63,744 bases of DNA, filler included, from Octopus bimaculoides (GCF_001194135.2; 11 parts of 10 records of this genome joined end to end with filler, not necessarily neighbours in it); one strand, 5' to 3'; positions 1-12,954 are shown, counted from the first letter of the whole stretch. The notes: generated by a model not told the origin, from the letters alone. Translations and numbers: made by a program.

Positions 1-235
1 TATATATATATATATATATATGTAAAATAACAATAATAGTAACGATGCGAAGGAAACAGGCCCAAATTATGGGCTAAGAGCTCTGCAGTCTTGGTTGCCA
101 AACTTAGCACGAATGGTGTCTCGATAAATAGACCGGCTGGTGGCTAACATTAAAATAAAAATCTCAATATTGGGTAAATGCGTCTAAAAATTGTATCAAA
201 TAATGGTATTAATAAGTCTATAGCCAAATGAGAAA

Positions 236-337
236 ACCTTTCGCCGCCCGAGCGCACCCCTGGATGCCTCGGGTATGTGCCATGCTTTGTTGTGGTGCTC
301 TTATAGTTATGGTATTGAAATTGTTTTACGTAGGATT
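236..337 (-). mobile_element. R4/Dong-clade LINE, extreme 3' remnant (last codons plus 3'UTR)
   Basis: Minus strand reads ATC CTA CGT AAA ACA ATT TCA ATA CCA TAA (ILRKTISIP*), then ataagagcaccacaacaaagcatggcacatacccgagg. This is homologous to the Dong 3' end at 47366-47596 and abuts taat repeats. Confidence 0.7.
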
Positions 338-454
338 ATTATTATAATTGTTGCTGTTATTGTTGTTGTTGTTTCAGTTTTCTTGTTCTTATTATTTCTA
401 ATTAGTAGAATAACTAGGTGGACGTTGAAGAGGAGAAGGAGGCGGACGTGGTGA

Positions 455-612
455 GGGAACAAAAGAAAGAAACAAATGAAAAGAGAAGGAATAAGAAAGA
501 AAGAAGAAAGAAGAACAGAGAAGAAATAGGAAAGAAAGAAAGAAAGAAAGAAAGAAAGAAATAAAGAAAGGAGGACAGAAAGAACGAAACAAAGAAAGAA
601 AGAAAGGAAAAT
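455..612. repeat. (GAAA)n / purine-rich microsatellite
   Basis: Degenerate aaag/gaaa runs; explains ORFs 398..592 and 414..632. Confidence 0.9.
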
Positions 613-1173
613 TTTAGGAAATGCAAAAACATCAGGAGAGCATTATTAAATAAAAAATGAAGTCTTCCAAAATTTCTGTTTCAGAGATCCGATATTGTGA
701 TTGAAATTATTAGAATGTCGTTCCATTCTCTCCTAGAAATAAAGCCATTACTGAGACTGGACAATAGCAAATGTATGTAAATAGTTTTCGAACTCCTCAC
801 ACAAGTCTTCTGCACTTCTTGGAGAAAATAGAATTTGCGTGGCGTCCCTAACACGTTTAACAAAGTATTGTCGCAAAGTCCCAGGACAAAAAGAGAGAAG
901 AAGTGAACGAATGCGGAAATGAGATAAAAAATAGGATGGCGGTAGAAATAATTGTCATAATGATAGAGATCGAAGACTTTCGTCCATTATTTCACCTCTA
1001 TCTCATGTTCACCTTTGGCAATGAAAAGACGCAAGAAGGATGTCGGAAGATAAGATGTCACATAAATTTAAAACACCAATGAAATTGAGATAACATATTC
1101 GACATCTTTTATGATGTAATATCTAAAATAGAATTGACGAAAAAGTACGATTATATATTATTATATAACTTAC

Positions 1174-2124
1174 CGATTTATTTAAACGAACTCCAATCCA
1201 CATCGTCCTGATCAAAAGCATCACGTTCAACAAAGCCACAAAGGTAAGGGAAGTGTATTCAAACAATATATATTGAAATGAACTTTTTATAATTATATAA
1301 GTAGCAACACAACATCCAACAATATTAAAGATTACGATAAATCCCGAAGACGACTGAAATGATTCATTTACTAAATTAAGTGTTTTACTCAGAGTATCAT
1401 GTGAGTTACATATTTCTGGGATCTCTTTATATTTCTTGAAGAAATACGAAGTATTAGATTGCTTTCCTTTAAGCCATCTCTCAGCCTCGCTCGCTACTTT
1501 GTTAAACTCATAGAGGAGTGTAGTCGCAATTGCCATATTGATATACCAATCAAGTAGCATGTACATATGTGATATACAATCAAATGCAATGAGAATTAAT
1601 GAAATAATTAAGTCAAGAGTTTTGCTGAAATCTAAATAATTTGTTGGGGGATACCAAACAGAGTACATGAAAAACGGGACAACGTAATAGAAAATATTAA
1701 CCATAATAGGCGGCAGCAATATAACTATAAAAAGTGATATTAATGAAAATACTAAGTTATTGTTATAGAATTTTTCATCAACTTCTTCAATTGTAAGTTC
1801 GGCGAATGCTTCGAGTATTTCTTTCACTTTAGATTTTCTGAAGAATTTGATCAGACAATAGAGTGAAATGATACACCGAAAAAATACTGCACAAATATAT
1901 ACATATATTTCATGAGTTTTGAATATATTCGCTGCTATTAGATCGTAAGTATATATAATGGGACTTGTAATCAGATATACCAAATACAGGATATAAAAGG
2001 CAGAGATACAGATAGTTTTACATTTGAGAGACTTCAGTGATATGTTCATAAGTGATATCTTAGACATATTAATTTTTCCATAAAATTGTAATATGTTATA
2101 GAATCGTGTTTCTTTTAGTTCCAT
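1174..2124 (-). CDS. Large coding exon (317 codons) of a putative gustatory-receptor-like (GRL, 7TM chemoreceptor/ion-channel superfamily) protein, TM1-TM6; 3' exon(s) not identified
   Basis: Stop-free 1-kb frame in very AT-rich DNA. First ATG at 2124 with an in-frame TAA upstream at 2155-2157. Six hydrophobic segments; LLYEFNKV after TM4; long loop ending HDTLSKTLNLVNESF before TM5; TM6 ending WIGVRLNKS; then the phase-0 donor TCG|GTAAGT (exon ends 1174). Confidence that it is a real coding exon is higher than confidence in the family. Confidence 0.75.
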
Positions 2125-2757
2125 ACGTTTTTGTAATAAAATATTTCTCACAAGTTACTTCTATATAAAGAGTTAAACTCGTTGACCTAAAACACAGAGG
2201 CCTTATTTCTGTTTAAGATATCTAATTCTTCAATTTTGCTTCTATAATAAGTTCAGTGTTGCAAAGTTCCGTGTGTTAAGAAAGAACAGGAATTAAAGAA
2301 GATATTGGATAAAGCTGTTATATAAAGTATCCCGTTTTGTTTGGATGTAGGGATTATTTCAAATCTGTTGCTATGGATTTAAGATATATATCAAATTAAA
2401 TATTGCTCGCTAAGCTTCTTAAAACATAAATCTCAGATCTTTTATATTCAATCAGCAATATATATATATATATATATATATATGAATTTATGTGTGATAT
2501 CACTCTGATGTTCATTTGATTTTCGCAAGTATATTGATTACAATATCGATATCATATTCTTCTCCATTAGTTTGCATTGTATGAAACGTTGGTTCCAAAT
2601 GGATGGGCATTGAGTAATTCTTTTATCTGTCACATATAAAAAGATTTGTCTTATATATAAGATTTCTCTTATATATGAAATTTCACTTCAAAATAAGTGT
2701 GTATGTGCATATANNNNNNNNNNNNNNNNNNNNNNNNNNNNNNNNNNNNNNNNNNNN

Positions 2758-2769
2758 TTAATTAATTAA
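2758..2769. other. Assembly linker TTAATTAATTAA inside N-gap (also 5513, 8914, 14229, 38663, 51131, 53971, 57448, 60317, 62181)
   Basis: Identical 12-mer with stops in all six frames, always embedded between N runs; an artefact, not biology. Confidence 0.95.
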
Positions 2770-2989
2770 NNNNNNNNNNNNNNNNNNNNNNNNNNNNNNN
2801 NNNNNNNNNNNNNATATATATATATATATACACACACACAGTGTCGTTATCCGCACCTCTCTCCCGCTCTCTTTCTCTCTCTTTCTCTCTCTGGTTTATC
2901 TTTATGCTTCAGTGTAACTTATGTCTTAAAAACTATAACAAAAAGCAGAAGAAAGACAAAAAAAGACAAAAAAAGGAAAAAAAAAAATA

Positions 2990-3012
2990 TGATGAAAATA
3001 ACAACGATGATG

Positions 3013-3064
<52 letters not shown>

Positions 3065-3221
3065 TAACAACAACAACAATGTCCAGTGACCTGTACAAAA
3101 ACTTCAAATAAATATACATATATAAAAAACACATTTAGCTTAACATTTAGAAGAAATATTAACGGCATAACGAACAGTAAGAGTAACATCGGCAATAATA
3201 ATAATAATTATGATAATTACG

Positions 3222-3267
<46 letters not shown>

Positions 3268-3740
3268 CAACAATAGCAACAGGAATAACAATGGCCTGAA
3301 TGATAAAAATAAAAGAAGTGGCGGGGAAAAAATGTCAAGAACAATAAAAAAAATAAAAACGAAAAATTCATCATCATCATCATCATGACAGTCATCGTCG
3401 TGTCAGCATCGTCGTCATCATCAGCATCACTGACATCAGAACCGTTATTATAATCGCCGTCAGCGCCATCACTATCGTTATCGCCGCCATCGTCATCATC
3501 GTCATCGTCGTCGTCGTCGTCGCGGCCGTCATCATCGTCGCCGTCATCATCGTCATCACTACTAACATCATAGCCATCATCATCATTATAACTGTCATCA
3601 TCATCATCATCATCAATATTGTCGTCGTCATCATCATCATCGTCATTATAATCATCACATCATCATCATCATCATCGCAATAATCGTCATCACGAAGTCA
3701 TCCTCGTAACCATCATCATCGTCATCATCATCATCACCAA
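2990..3740. repeat. (AAT)n then (CAT/CGT)n trinucleotide microsatellite complex
   Basis: Direct inspection; produces the poly-N/I/Y/M/T ORFs. Confidence 0.95.
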
Positions 3741-4103
3741 AACAATCATTATAAATGTGTGTGTGTGTTTATCTAAATTTTTGGACTAATGGGTATATTG
3801 TAATTAATGTGCTGAGTAAAGCACGCTCACAGTATAGGCTACCTGGTGTCATCCAATATTGGGGTATATTTTTCCATTGGATCTATTTCAGGAATTCTGC
3901 AGTGTTAGTTGAGATAATAAAAACTGAAGAAGGAAATGGATGATAGATCTGGTATTAATCTTTATTCGGTACGACGATTGATTCGAGCCCTCCTGGGACT
4001 GTCCTTTTATGGGTGGGATGTTTTGCATCTAATTGCGTTTGCATCGATCAGTGCAGTCTGGGTCACGTCAGGTACATGCATACATCACGTGGTGTCCCAC
4101 TAA

Positions 4104-4185
<82 letters not shown>

Positions 4186-4530
4186 ATATATGTATGCATA
4201 TATTTAAGGTGTATTCCGTTAGAAACGTACAAGAGTACAAAATAGAGCTCGTTCATCCTTAGAATTACCAGATAGATGGAAGTTTTAGCATCGAAGTCGA
4301 ATGTTTTGTAACTAACGGGGACAGCAACTGTATATCACCTGAAGAAATGCATCTGGATCACATTATACAGGCAAACCGATACATAATCAAATTCCTGCAT
4401 GCATGAAGATCTATGTTGTATGGAAACGTGTGTAGTGATTATAAAAAAAAAACTGTCTAACCCTACTCCTTCTTGTTGACCCTATTGTCCCTAGCTTATT
4501 CAATTATATATATATATATATATATATAAC

Positions 4531-4706
4531 AAGTGATTTTTTAAAATTCTCAAACGTAGGATAATGCCTGAACAGAATAAACTACCCCTATTTTGCAGAA
4601 AAAGTGTTGGCTGCCAACACTCTTTTCTGCAAAATAGGGGTAGCTTATCCTGTTCAGGCTATATTATTAGCATTATCCTGCGTTTGAGGATTAAAAAACA
4701 TCACTT
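4531..4706. mobile_element. ~176-bp foldback (palindromic) element, MITE-like
   Basis: Left arm aagtgattttttaaaattctcaaacgtaggataatgcctgaacagaataaactacccctattttgcagaaaaagtgttggc is the near reverse complement of the right arm; 1-nt centre (ggc-t-gcc); a few mismatches and one ~12-nt indel. Confidence 0.8.
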
Positions 4707-4780
4707 CTTTAACTTTCTAAGACAACTCAACGCTTCTAAAGCAAACTTCATTTGTTTGTTTACTTCCATCGTAATTTGAA

Positions 4781-4832
<52 letters not shown>

Positions 4833-7800
4833 TATTTAGGATGGGTTTTCGAAAATGGAGGCGTATAACTTTCTCCACGTGACCGGCTTGTAAAATTCTT
4901 AAGGCACTAGGATATTTTCCTACTTTCCTTAACATAAAACCAACGGTAGCCTTAATCTACAAATAAAGGAATTATACCCACTAATGTGGTGTTGAGCACT
5001 CATTTTCATCGTTCGACATTTAAGAATATAGATAGATAGATATGTATATAGATGTGCACATGCTTATATATATATATACGAGTATATATGTGTCCACATT
5101 TTTATGTATAATTTCTCCATCTGTTTTTCCCCTCCAATATAGTTCTATTTACGTTATTACAACTCATTATAACAGTAAGACGAATATTCTCTCGTAAACA
5201 CGCATATATAAAAATCACGCGCATAAACAAAATTATCGTAACGTATCACAGATCTCATTATCATAATATATCACACACATACCAAATAACACACATAAGC
5301 ATAATTTATTATAATGGATGAATATATATTACAAACCGTTAAGTGTACAATGTAACAAGCAGCATCAAGATTGAAACGTATAATAATTACATAGACATTT
5401 AATATACTTTAAATACTCCACAATTTATATATATGCGTTATATACATATATATATATATATATATATANNNNNNNNNNNNNNNNNNNNNNNNNNNNNNNN
5501 NNNNNNNNNNNNTTAATTAATTAANNNNNNNNNNNNNNNNNNNNNNNNNNNNNNNNNNNNNNNNNNNNATATACACACACACACACATCTATATACACAT
5601 ATATACATCTTTGAAGGTGAAATTAATAGTCTAAAAAAGTATATTAATTTATATGTAATTTGACACCATATATCTGTCACACCATATGAATGTTATACAC
5701 ACACACATATTAAAGAAGCGTCAGAAGTTCCCCATGGTCTCACAATCTACAGATAACATTACTTGTAGGTTCATTACAGTATTGTGAAAATGTTGAATTG
5801 ATATCAAAGTAAAATCTGACAGTTGGAGATTTATGTTTGTGTGTGTGTGTGCATCATTGAATGTGTGGGTGGAAGAAAAAGTAAGTTTTATGCACAACAT
5901 AAATATATATAAACTCTATACAACAAACTGCTTTACTGAGATATGTTTTCAATAAGAGAACATTATGATTTCAGATTCTAATGAATATTAAAAGTATTGA
6001 GAGAGAGAGAGAAAGAGAGCGAGAGAGAGATAGAGAGCGAGAGAGAGAGAGAGAGAGCGAGAGAGCTATTTGAAATATTTTCTAAATGTCAATTTAAAAA
6101 AGGGTAAGGAGTTAAAAATTTAGTAATAGTTAAATATTACACTTTTGAAGCGTGTGTAATAACAGATTTGACACAGACAAGATTTTTGTTTTGTAAAGTA
6201 GTAGTAGTGAGGGAAATGGAACATGATATCTAAGTTTTCTTCTTAGAACAGAGACAATATAATAGTAATACACATAATATCTGACGAGGCACTATGTTTC
6301 TCCACGTTAATTCTGTACAAAATGTTTCTGTAGTTAATAAAACAGCATTTAACAATGGAAATGTTTGGAAACAGATTATTTCAAAGAACCCACAGAAAAC
6401 ACCATGACAACTGCCACCATCATCCCATAACAGATTCGGATCAGGGTCAGGAGAAATCAATGCTTGCAGGTCTGTTTCCAATATATACAGGTTACCTGAA
6501 AGACAGTATCACTACTTCCATCCAGAGAAGAGCTATAAGAAGTCAATAACAAAATCCGTGACCACCGGACTGTTGACAATTGAAAGATATAGTTTAGTAT
6601 ACACAGTCATTGTCTGTATATATCTCCCTCTCCCACTACACTCGACGTATAGAAAACATCAACTGACCATTCTACAACTGCCCACGCGTTTTACTTCAAG
6701 AGTGCTATAACAATCGTGTGAACACACACCATGTTTGGGTAATATACGTATAAAGAAGAAATAGCCGTCTTCTGGTGGGAGGAGAAGAAAGAGTGAACGA
6801 AAGGCAGGAACAGAAATAAATAAGGCAAGCAGGACAAATAAGTGAGAGCCGATATTTAAATTTTGACGAGAAAGTCCAACACATCCGATGTTAAGTAAGA
6901 TCCCACACCAGCTGGAAGATGTGTAGAAAACTTGACGTCATAGCATGGAACTAGCGCTGGAAGAATGATTGACAACCGACAGATTGTCAGAGACGATTTG
7001 GAATGATGATGAGAGTAGAGGCTGGCCAAGTTATCTTGAGAACATCCATTATAATAAAGTCCAAAACATAGACTATCAATTAGAAATACTGTTTTCCTTA
7101 ATTTTATCTTTTTTAACGTTTATTTATTTATTCACAACTTTTCTTCCGCTTCATGAAAGAAGAAAAAAAATCAATGCAGAGGGGGGGAAACCCCAGCAGT
7201 TAATAGTATGGCCTGTTGATTTAACTAGCAATAAAGAAAAGCAGGGAATTTGTCCGAGGTTAGGAATGGGGAAGAGCGTTTAAGAAGTATTTCAACTCTA
7301 AAATAATTAGTGTTAGGGTTTGTGGAAATAAATGGCTTAAAGATATGTAGGTAAAACACAATCTAGTTGCATGATCTAGGTATGAAGAAGGCACACATAC
7401 AAACAGGCATATGTGCATGTGAAACATATACGTAAGGACATATATACAAAGAAAAACAAATGAAAAACAATGCCAAGCCTACGTAATCTCATCGCCCACG
7501 TAAATTTGGCACGTTGTAAGAAAAAATGTTTGAACTGCAGGAGAAAATACGTTAAAACTTACAATAAAGAAATTTATGAAAATATCGACAACAGACAATC
7601 GGGGAGTTAGTAAACTGCATTCTATGAATAGTAAATAAATAGATTCAGAGTTGAGTAGCGGAACACGCTCAGACATCAGTAGAAATAAATAACACGGGTC
7701 ATACAGGTAGGAAGGAAGCAAGCAAAACACTTGCAAAAAAACCCAGTTACCTCAACACGAAGAGTCGCTACTTCTTTACCTAAGATATTCAGAACGAATA

Positions 7801-7842
7801 GAACAGAAATCTCTGTCATCAGTATACACAACATACACCTAC

Positions 7843-7970
7843 CTGCACACAAGTGACCGAGGAATCTGTTTACACAACCGCCATCTTGGGTAGAGAGCTG
7901 GGAGAGTAGCAAATTCCGGAATCACGCACTGTGACAGGTTTTCGCGAAATTTGTTGATGGAAAGAGTGAG
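7843..7970 (-). promoter_or_regulatory. Candidate non-coding 5' exon / promoter-proximal segment with YY1-type motif and splice donor
   Basis: Minus strand AAGATGGCGG (forward CCGCCATCTT, 7878-7887) followed by GTGCAG|GTAGGT donor at 7842; unique, CpG-containing sequence. Inference only. Confidence 0.3.
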
Positions 7971-8824
7971 NNNNNNNNNNNNNNNNNNNNNNNNNNNNNN
8001 NNNNNNNNNNNNNNNNNNNNNNNNNNNNNNNNNNNNNNNNNNNNNNNNNNNNNNNNNNNNNNNNNNNNNNNNNNNNNNNNNNNNNNNNNNNNNNNNNNNN
8101 NNNNNNNNNNNNNNNNNNNNNNNNNNNNNNNNNNNNNNNNNNNNNNNNNNNNNNNNNNNNNNNNNNNNNNNNNNNNNNNNNNNNNNNNNNNNNNNNNNNN
8201 NNNNNNNNNNNNNNNNNNNNNNNNNNNNNNNNNNNNNNNNNNNNNNNNNNNNNNNNNNNNNNNNNNNNNNNNNNNNNNNNNNNNNNNNNNNNNNNNNNNN
8301 NNNNNNNNNNNNNNNNNNNNNNNNNNNNNNNNNNNNNNNNNNNNNNNNNNNNNNNNNNNNNNNNNNNNNNNNNNNNNNNNNNNNNNNNNNNNNNNNNNNN
8401 NNNNNNNNNNNNNNNNNNNNNNNNNNNNNNNNNNNNNNNNNNNNNNNNNNNNNNNNNNNNNNNNNNNNNNNNNTATATATATATATATATATATATATCT
8501 GAGTAAGCACATAAAGGTGAAAGAAGGTGGGAAAAAAATAGTACTCAAATACCAGAGGTAGAGTAATATGCTTTATTATTAAAGCTGCAAAGAGTAAGAC
8601 GGGAGATAAGGAATATTGTATGTATATGTATGTGAGCATGTGTGAGTGTATATAAAATTTAAAAGTTAATTTCGTCGTTTATAATTTTAGTGTGTTAACA
8701 CACATATATGTATGCATGTATGTACATATGTATGTGTGTATGTATGTGTGTATATATATGTATGGACATATATATAGAGAGAGAGAGACAGACAGATGTG
8801 TGTACGTACACACACACATATGTG

Positions 8825-8869
<45 letters not shown>

Positions 8870-9385
8870 NNNNNNNNNNNNNNNNNNNNNNNNNNNNNNN
8901 NNNNNNNNNNNNNTTAATTAATTAANNNNNNNNNNNNNNNNNNNNNNNNNNNNNNNNNNNNNNNNNNNNGGGGGGGGGGGAATTTACGATGCTTAAAATT
9001 TCCATCATGCGGTATTGTTGCGAAAAACAAAAGCAACAACAACAACAAAAAAAAACAAAACTAAATAATTACAAGTAAAGATGCTGCTTAATAAATAAAT
9101 AGATGGAATTGAAGAGAAAATACTTTTCATTGAAAATCGAGCCTCGGTCTTTGACAATATATTAGAGTAGGAAATCAAGACAAGATACCTTGCTGATAAT
9201 ATACGTAAAATATATATATATTACGGCATCATTAAATATTATGAAACAAAACTGAACGCGGAAGGTTGCTTTTAGTGGTTTTGTATATTAGACAACTTAC
9301 CGTTCCAAACACACATACATAAAGAGATGCTTTCATCGCTATGTACAATAAACTACTGTTTCTTTCTCTCTCTCATACATACATG

Positions 9386-9417
<32 letters not shown>

Positions 9418-9585
9418 CATATATATATNNNNNNNNNNNNNNNNNNNNNNNNNNNNNNNNNNNNNNNNNNNNNNNNNNNNNNNNNNNNNNNNNNNNNNNN
9501 NNNNNNNNNNNNNNNNNNNNNNNNNNNNNNNNNNNNNNNNTATATATATATATGTATGTATGTATGTATGTATATAGGTATGGTA

Positions 9586-9731
9586 GTGCAAACAGGAAAA
9601 ATAGAACTCGAAATATGGGTATATGAATACTTTTTATTAATATTTAGCGGAGTGACTCAAGGGCCGGGAGTTTCGTGTTTGGCACGAAACTCTCGGCTCA
9701 TGAATCACTCTGTTGCTTCTGCTAAATATTA
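9586..9731 (+). mobile_element. Hairpin-bearing non-autonomous element, copy 1
   Basis: 5' GTGCAAACAGGAAAAATAGAACTCGAAATATG followed by an imperfect palindrome 9638-9731 (loop tttgg); homologous copies at 10798 and 13337. Confidence 0.75.
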
Positions 9732-10797
9732 TATGTGTGTGCGTGCGTGTGTGTGTGTGTTTAGTTATAATAAAAAAAAACAATTTTAGATTAATCAGCA
9801 AGGTTACTCTATACTTTTGTGAAGTACGAATTTATTGTTATACAAAAAAGTTGCCGATAGTGACTTCGAAGTTTCGGTCATCTAAGCCATCATCTATATA
9901 TCTATCTATCGAATCAGAGAAAAGAACTTGGGCCAAGACGAAACCCATGTTCTTTTCTCTCATAATTAAGGTGTTCTCAATATTAAGTTACAGCTCTCCT
10001 CAGACTGCAAAGGACCCCGTGTGATAATGCCACGGTAGAAGTTTAATGTGGTTAACAATAAAAGGGCAGAAACCTAAACGGTGAAATTGTCGCGCACTGA
10101 AGACGTCTATTCCTACTTCACACTCACACACACACATGCATACAACACACACACCTATACATACAACACACACACACCTTACAGTTCCACAGGTGTTTCT
10201 ATGCAACAGTATTTTGTATACTGCAAAGCCTTTAATCATATATAAAATATATGCATTCTACATTATTAAATATTGAGTTCTTTTCTAGGGTAGGAGTCTT
10301 GCCGTTGCTTCAAGAACCACACACACACACACACATACATACACGGATGTCCGTGTGTATGTCTGCGAGTTTGTGTATAGACGTAAATATGTGTGTCTGT
10401 GTCTGTGAGAGAGTGTTTCCATGTATATCAAACAAGCTGTTCATAAGATTTGTGCAACGGTAATTTAAACATTTAAAAAACCCATCATAAAATACTGCTA
10501 ACTCTTATCTAAATATTTTCATACTTGTTCATAAAATTGACAGAAAATAAACTGCACAAATTTTGAAAAAAAATGCTAAAACAAAACAAGCTTACACACT
10601 CCCTCAGTGTCCATACAAGGAACACAATCATTCACTGTTTTTCTAGAGTTCAGAATTAAAAAAAAAAAAAAATAGTAACGGGTCTTTAGTACAAAACCAT
10701 GATTGATGCCCTGTCTGACCGGCGTTATCACTACTAGCATAACATAAATGGTAAATTTATTCTACCGACTTCTGGAAATGGAAGAAAGTGTAATAAT

Positions 10798-10909
10798 GTG
10801 CCAAAACACGAAACTCTCGGAAAGTTGAGTCACTCGGTTGCTTCTGCTAAATATTAACAAAACTATACATATACTAGTATTCCGAATTTCTATTTTTCCT
10901 GTTTGCACC
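10798..10909 (-). mobile_element. Hairpin-bearing non-autonomous element, copy 2 (one hairpin arm only)
   Basis: Reverse complement reads ggtgcaaacaggaaaaatagaaattcgg...taatatttagcagaagcaaccgagtgactcaa...gagtttcgtgttttggcac. Confidence 0.75.
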
Positions 10910-11067
10910 AACACACACACACACACACACACACATGTATATATATGGTTGTATATATATATATAAGGTTGCAAGACGCAACGATTTTAGAAAAAATAAA
11001 TGAGTGGAAATCGAACCGGTGTGTGTGTTAAATAATAAGGCACTAAAAGAGAATGACTCTCCCCAGA

Positions 11068-11155
<88 letters not shown>

Positions 11156-11608
11156 TAGTTATTAGTTATATATATACACATACATACATATATAGTTATT
11201 AGTGAGGGATTATCAATCCGGGCAAAATAGTTTATAAGCTGTTTGTTAGTACATCAAGCTAACAATGCAGCGATTGAGCAATCCTATCAAAAACAAACCG
11301 ATAATGATAACTGGAAACAGCTGCAAGTTAAAATTTACTACAATAAAGAAAAATATGTAACGACCATTATTTATTCCTTGTTTTATAAACACACAGACAC
11401 ACACAAATTCTAGTGGGTGACAAGTTCATAAAGAAGCTATGTTAGGTCATTTACAAAAAAATTCTCCAAGACCAAGTCTGAGAGTAATTTAAAAAGAAAA
11501 TTATATGTATAATCGTTAGTCCGACAAATTTATTATGAGCCATACGCGAAACAGTATATATTTTGTCGAACTAACGATTATGGATTAAATCTCTCTCTCT
11601 CTCTCTCT

Positions 11609-11649
<41 letters not shown>

Positions 11650-11833
11650 CGGTCAGTAGTTCATATATCCGAAAAAGAAGCAAGTTCTAAAACATTAGAA
11701 ACTCTCTTACTATACTATATACTATAATACTATACTATACATACATATTATATTTTATGTGTATATAAAACACCGATGCGATTTGATCACAAAATATTCT
11801 GGGACCCACGGAGAAGAAAAAAAATAAAATGAT

Positions 11834-11980
11834 AAGGGCGACAAGTGGCAGAAATGGTAAAGCGGTGGACAAAAGTGCTGTTGCTCTGCAGTATTTTATT
11901 ACAGTCCTAAGCATTCGGTGTTCGAATCTCACTAAGGCCTTTGTCTTCCCCTTTCCGGTAATCTAGAAAATAGAGTTAAC
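11834..11980 (+). mobile_element. tRNA-derived SINE fragment (family M)
   Basis: aagggcg...ggcagaaatggtaaagc head, gttcgaatc B-box, gcctttgtcttcccc body; diverged. Confidence 0.55.
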
Positions 11981-12954
11981 AATGAAATAATAATAATAAT
12001 AATTTTAGGCTTTTCTATATGTAAAGGTTAATAGCAGACAAAGACTGAATATTGCAAGTTATTCTTGTTGTTTGCCGTCGTTAGTTACGATCTAAAGCGT
12101 CCTTCCAGCTATGACCATCCCGTCTTTTATTTAGGTATCGTCTATCATGCACAACGATATACAATGTATTCTTACATAACTGACATTTTGTTTGTATTAT
12201 AGTTTGTTTTCGTTCTTTTAACGGAAATGGATGTTCTAAGGTAAATTTGGTTGCTATTTCTGACATGGTCAGGCTACCACGTAGAGTCCCTTCATGTCTC
12301 GTACCGCAAAGTGCTCTCTCTCCGCCGGTCTACAAAGACTGATTCTATTTATAGCTATTGCAGCTGTTGTTTAGCACCGGGTCAATCATACGTGACCATC
12401 CCCGTTTATATATACATATGTATGTATGTATGTATCTATGTGTGTGTGTGTTCTAAGAATATTGAGGACTGCATAATTTAATGTGTCCTTCGCGTAAATT
12501 TCTCTTCGTAATTTTTTTCTTTTTGGGAACTGGATCTCGAAGTACATAGAATGCTGTAAATAACAGCATGTAAATACTGCGTTGAGAAACAAACAAAACC
12601 TTTCTGGATAGAAAAAAGAAGTCGAAGGCTGCCTATGGGACACTAAAGACAAGACAACAGTTATGATTTGAGGTAGATTTCGCTACCATTTCTAGCAAGG
12701 TACGACTCCTTCGTCAGATCTATCTATAGTAGAAGTAGTAGTAGTATTAGTAGTAAGAAATTATGTAATAATAGATACATACGTTGCATAAGAGAGGATA
12801 TAAAACCAGTCCAACCTAAGCGCTGTTCCATAGATTCTGTAAATATTATTTTAACAAGAAACTTACCGAAGAGTCGAGAGAGAGAAAGAAAGAGAGAGAC
12901 TTTACAGCAGAAAGAAGGGCATAAACAAAGGGAAGTAACTCTTAAAAGATTATT

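Noticed and set aside
681-863. 60-aa minus ORF as the next GRL exon
   Set aside because: No phase-0 acceptor gives a GR-like IC3/TM7 sequence in any frame.
4335-4380. CTGAAGA...GCAAACC as a hammerhead
   Set aside because: No stem II pairing and the GAAA is incomplete.
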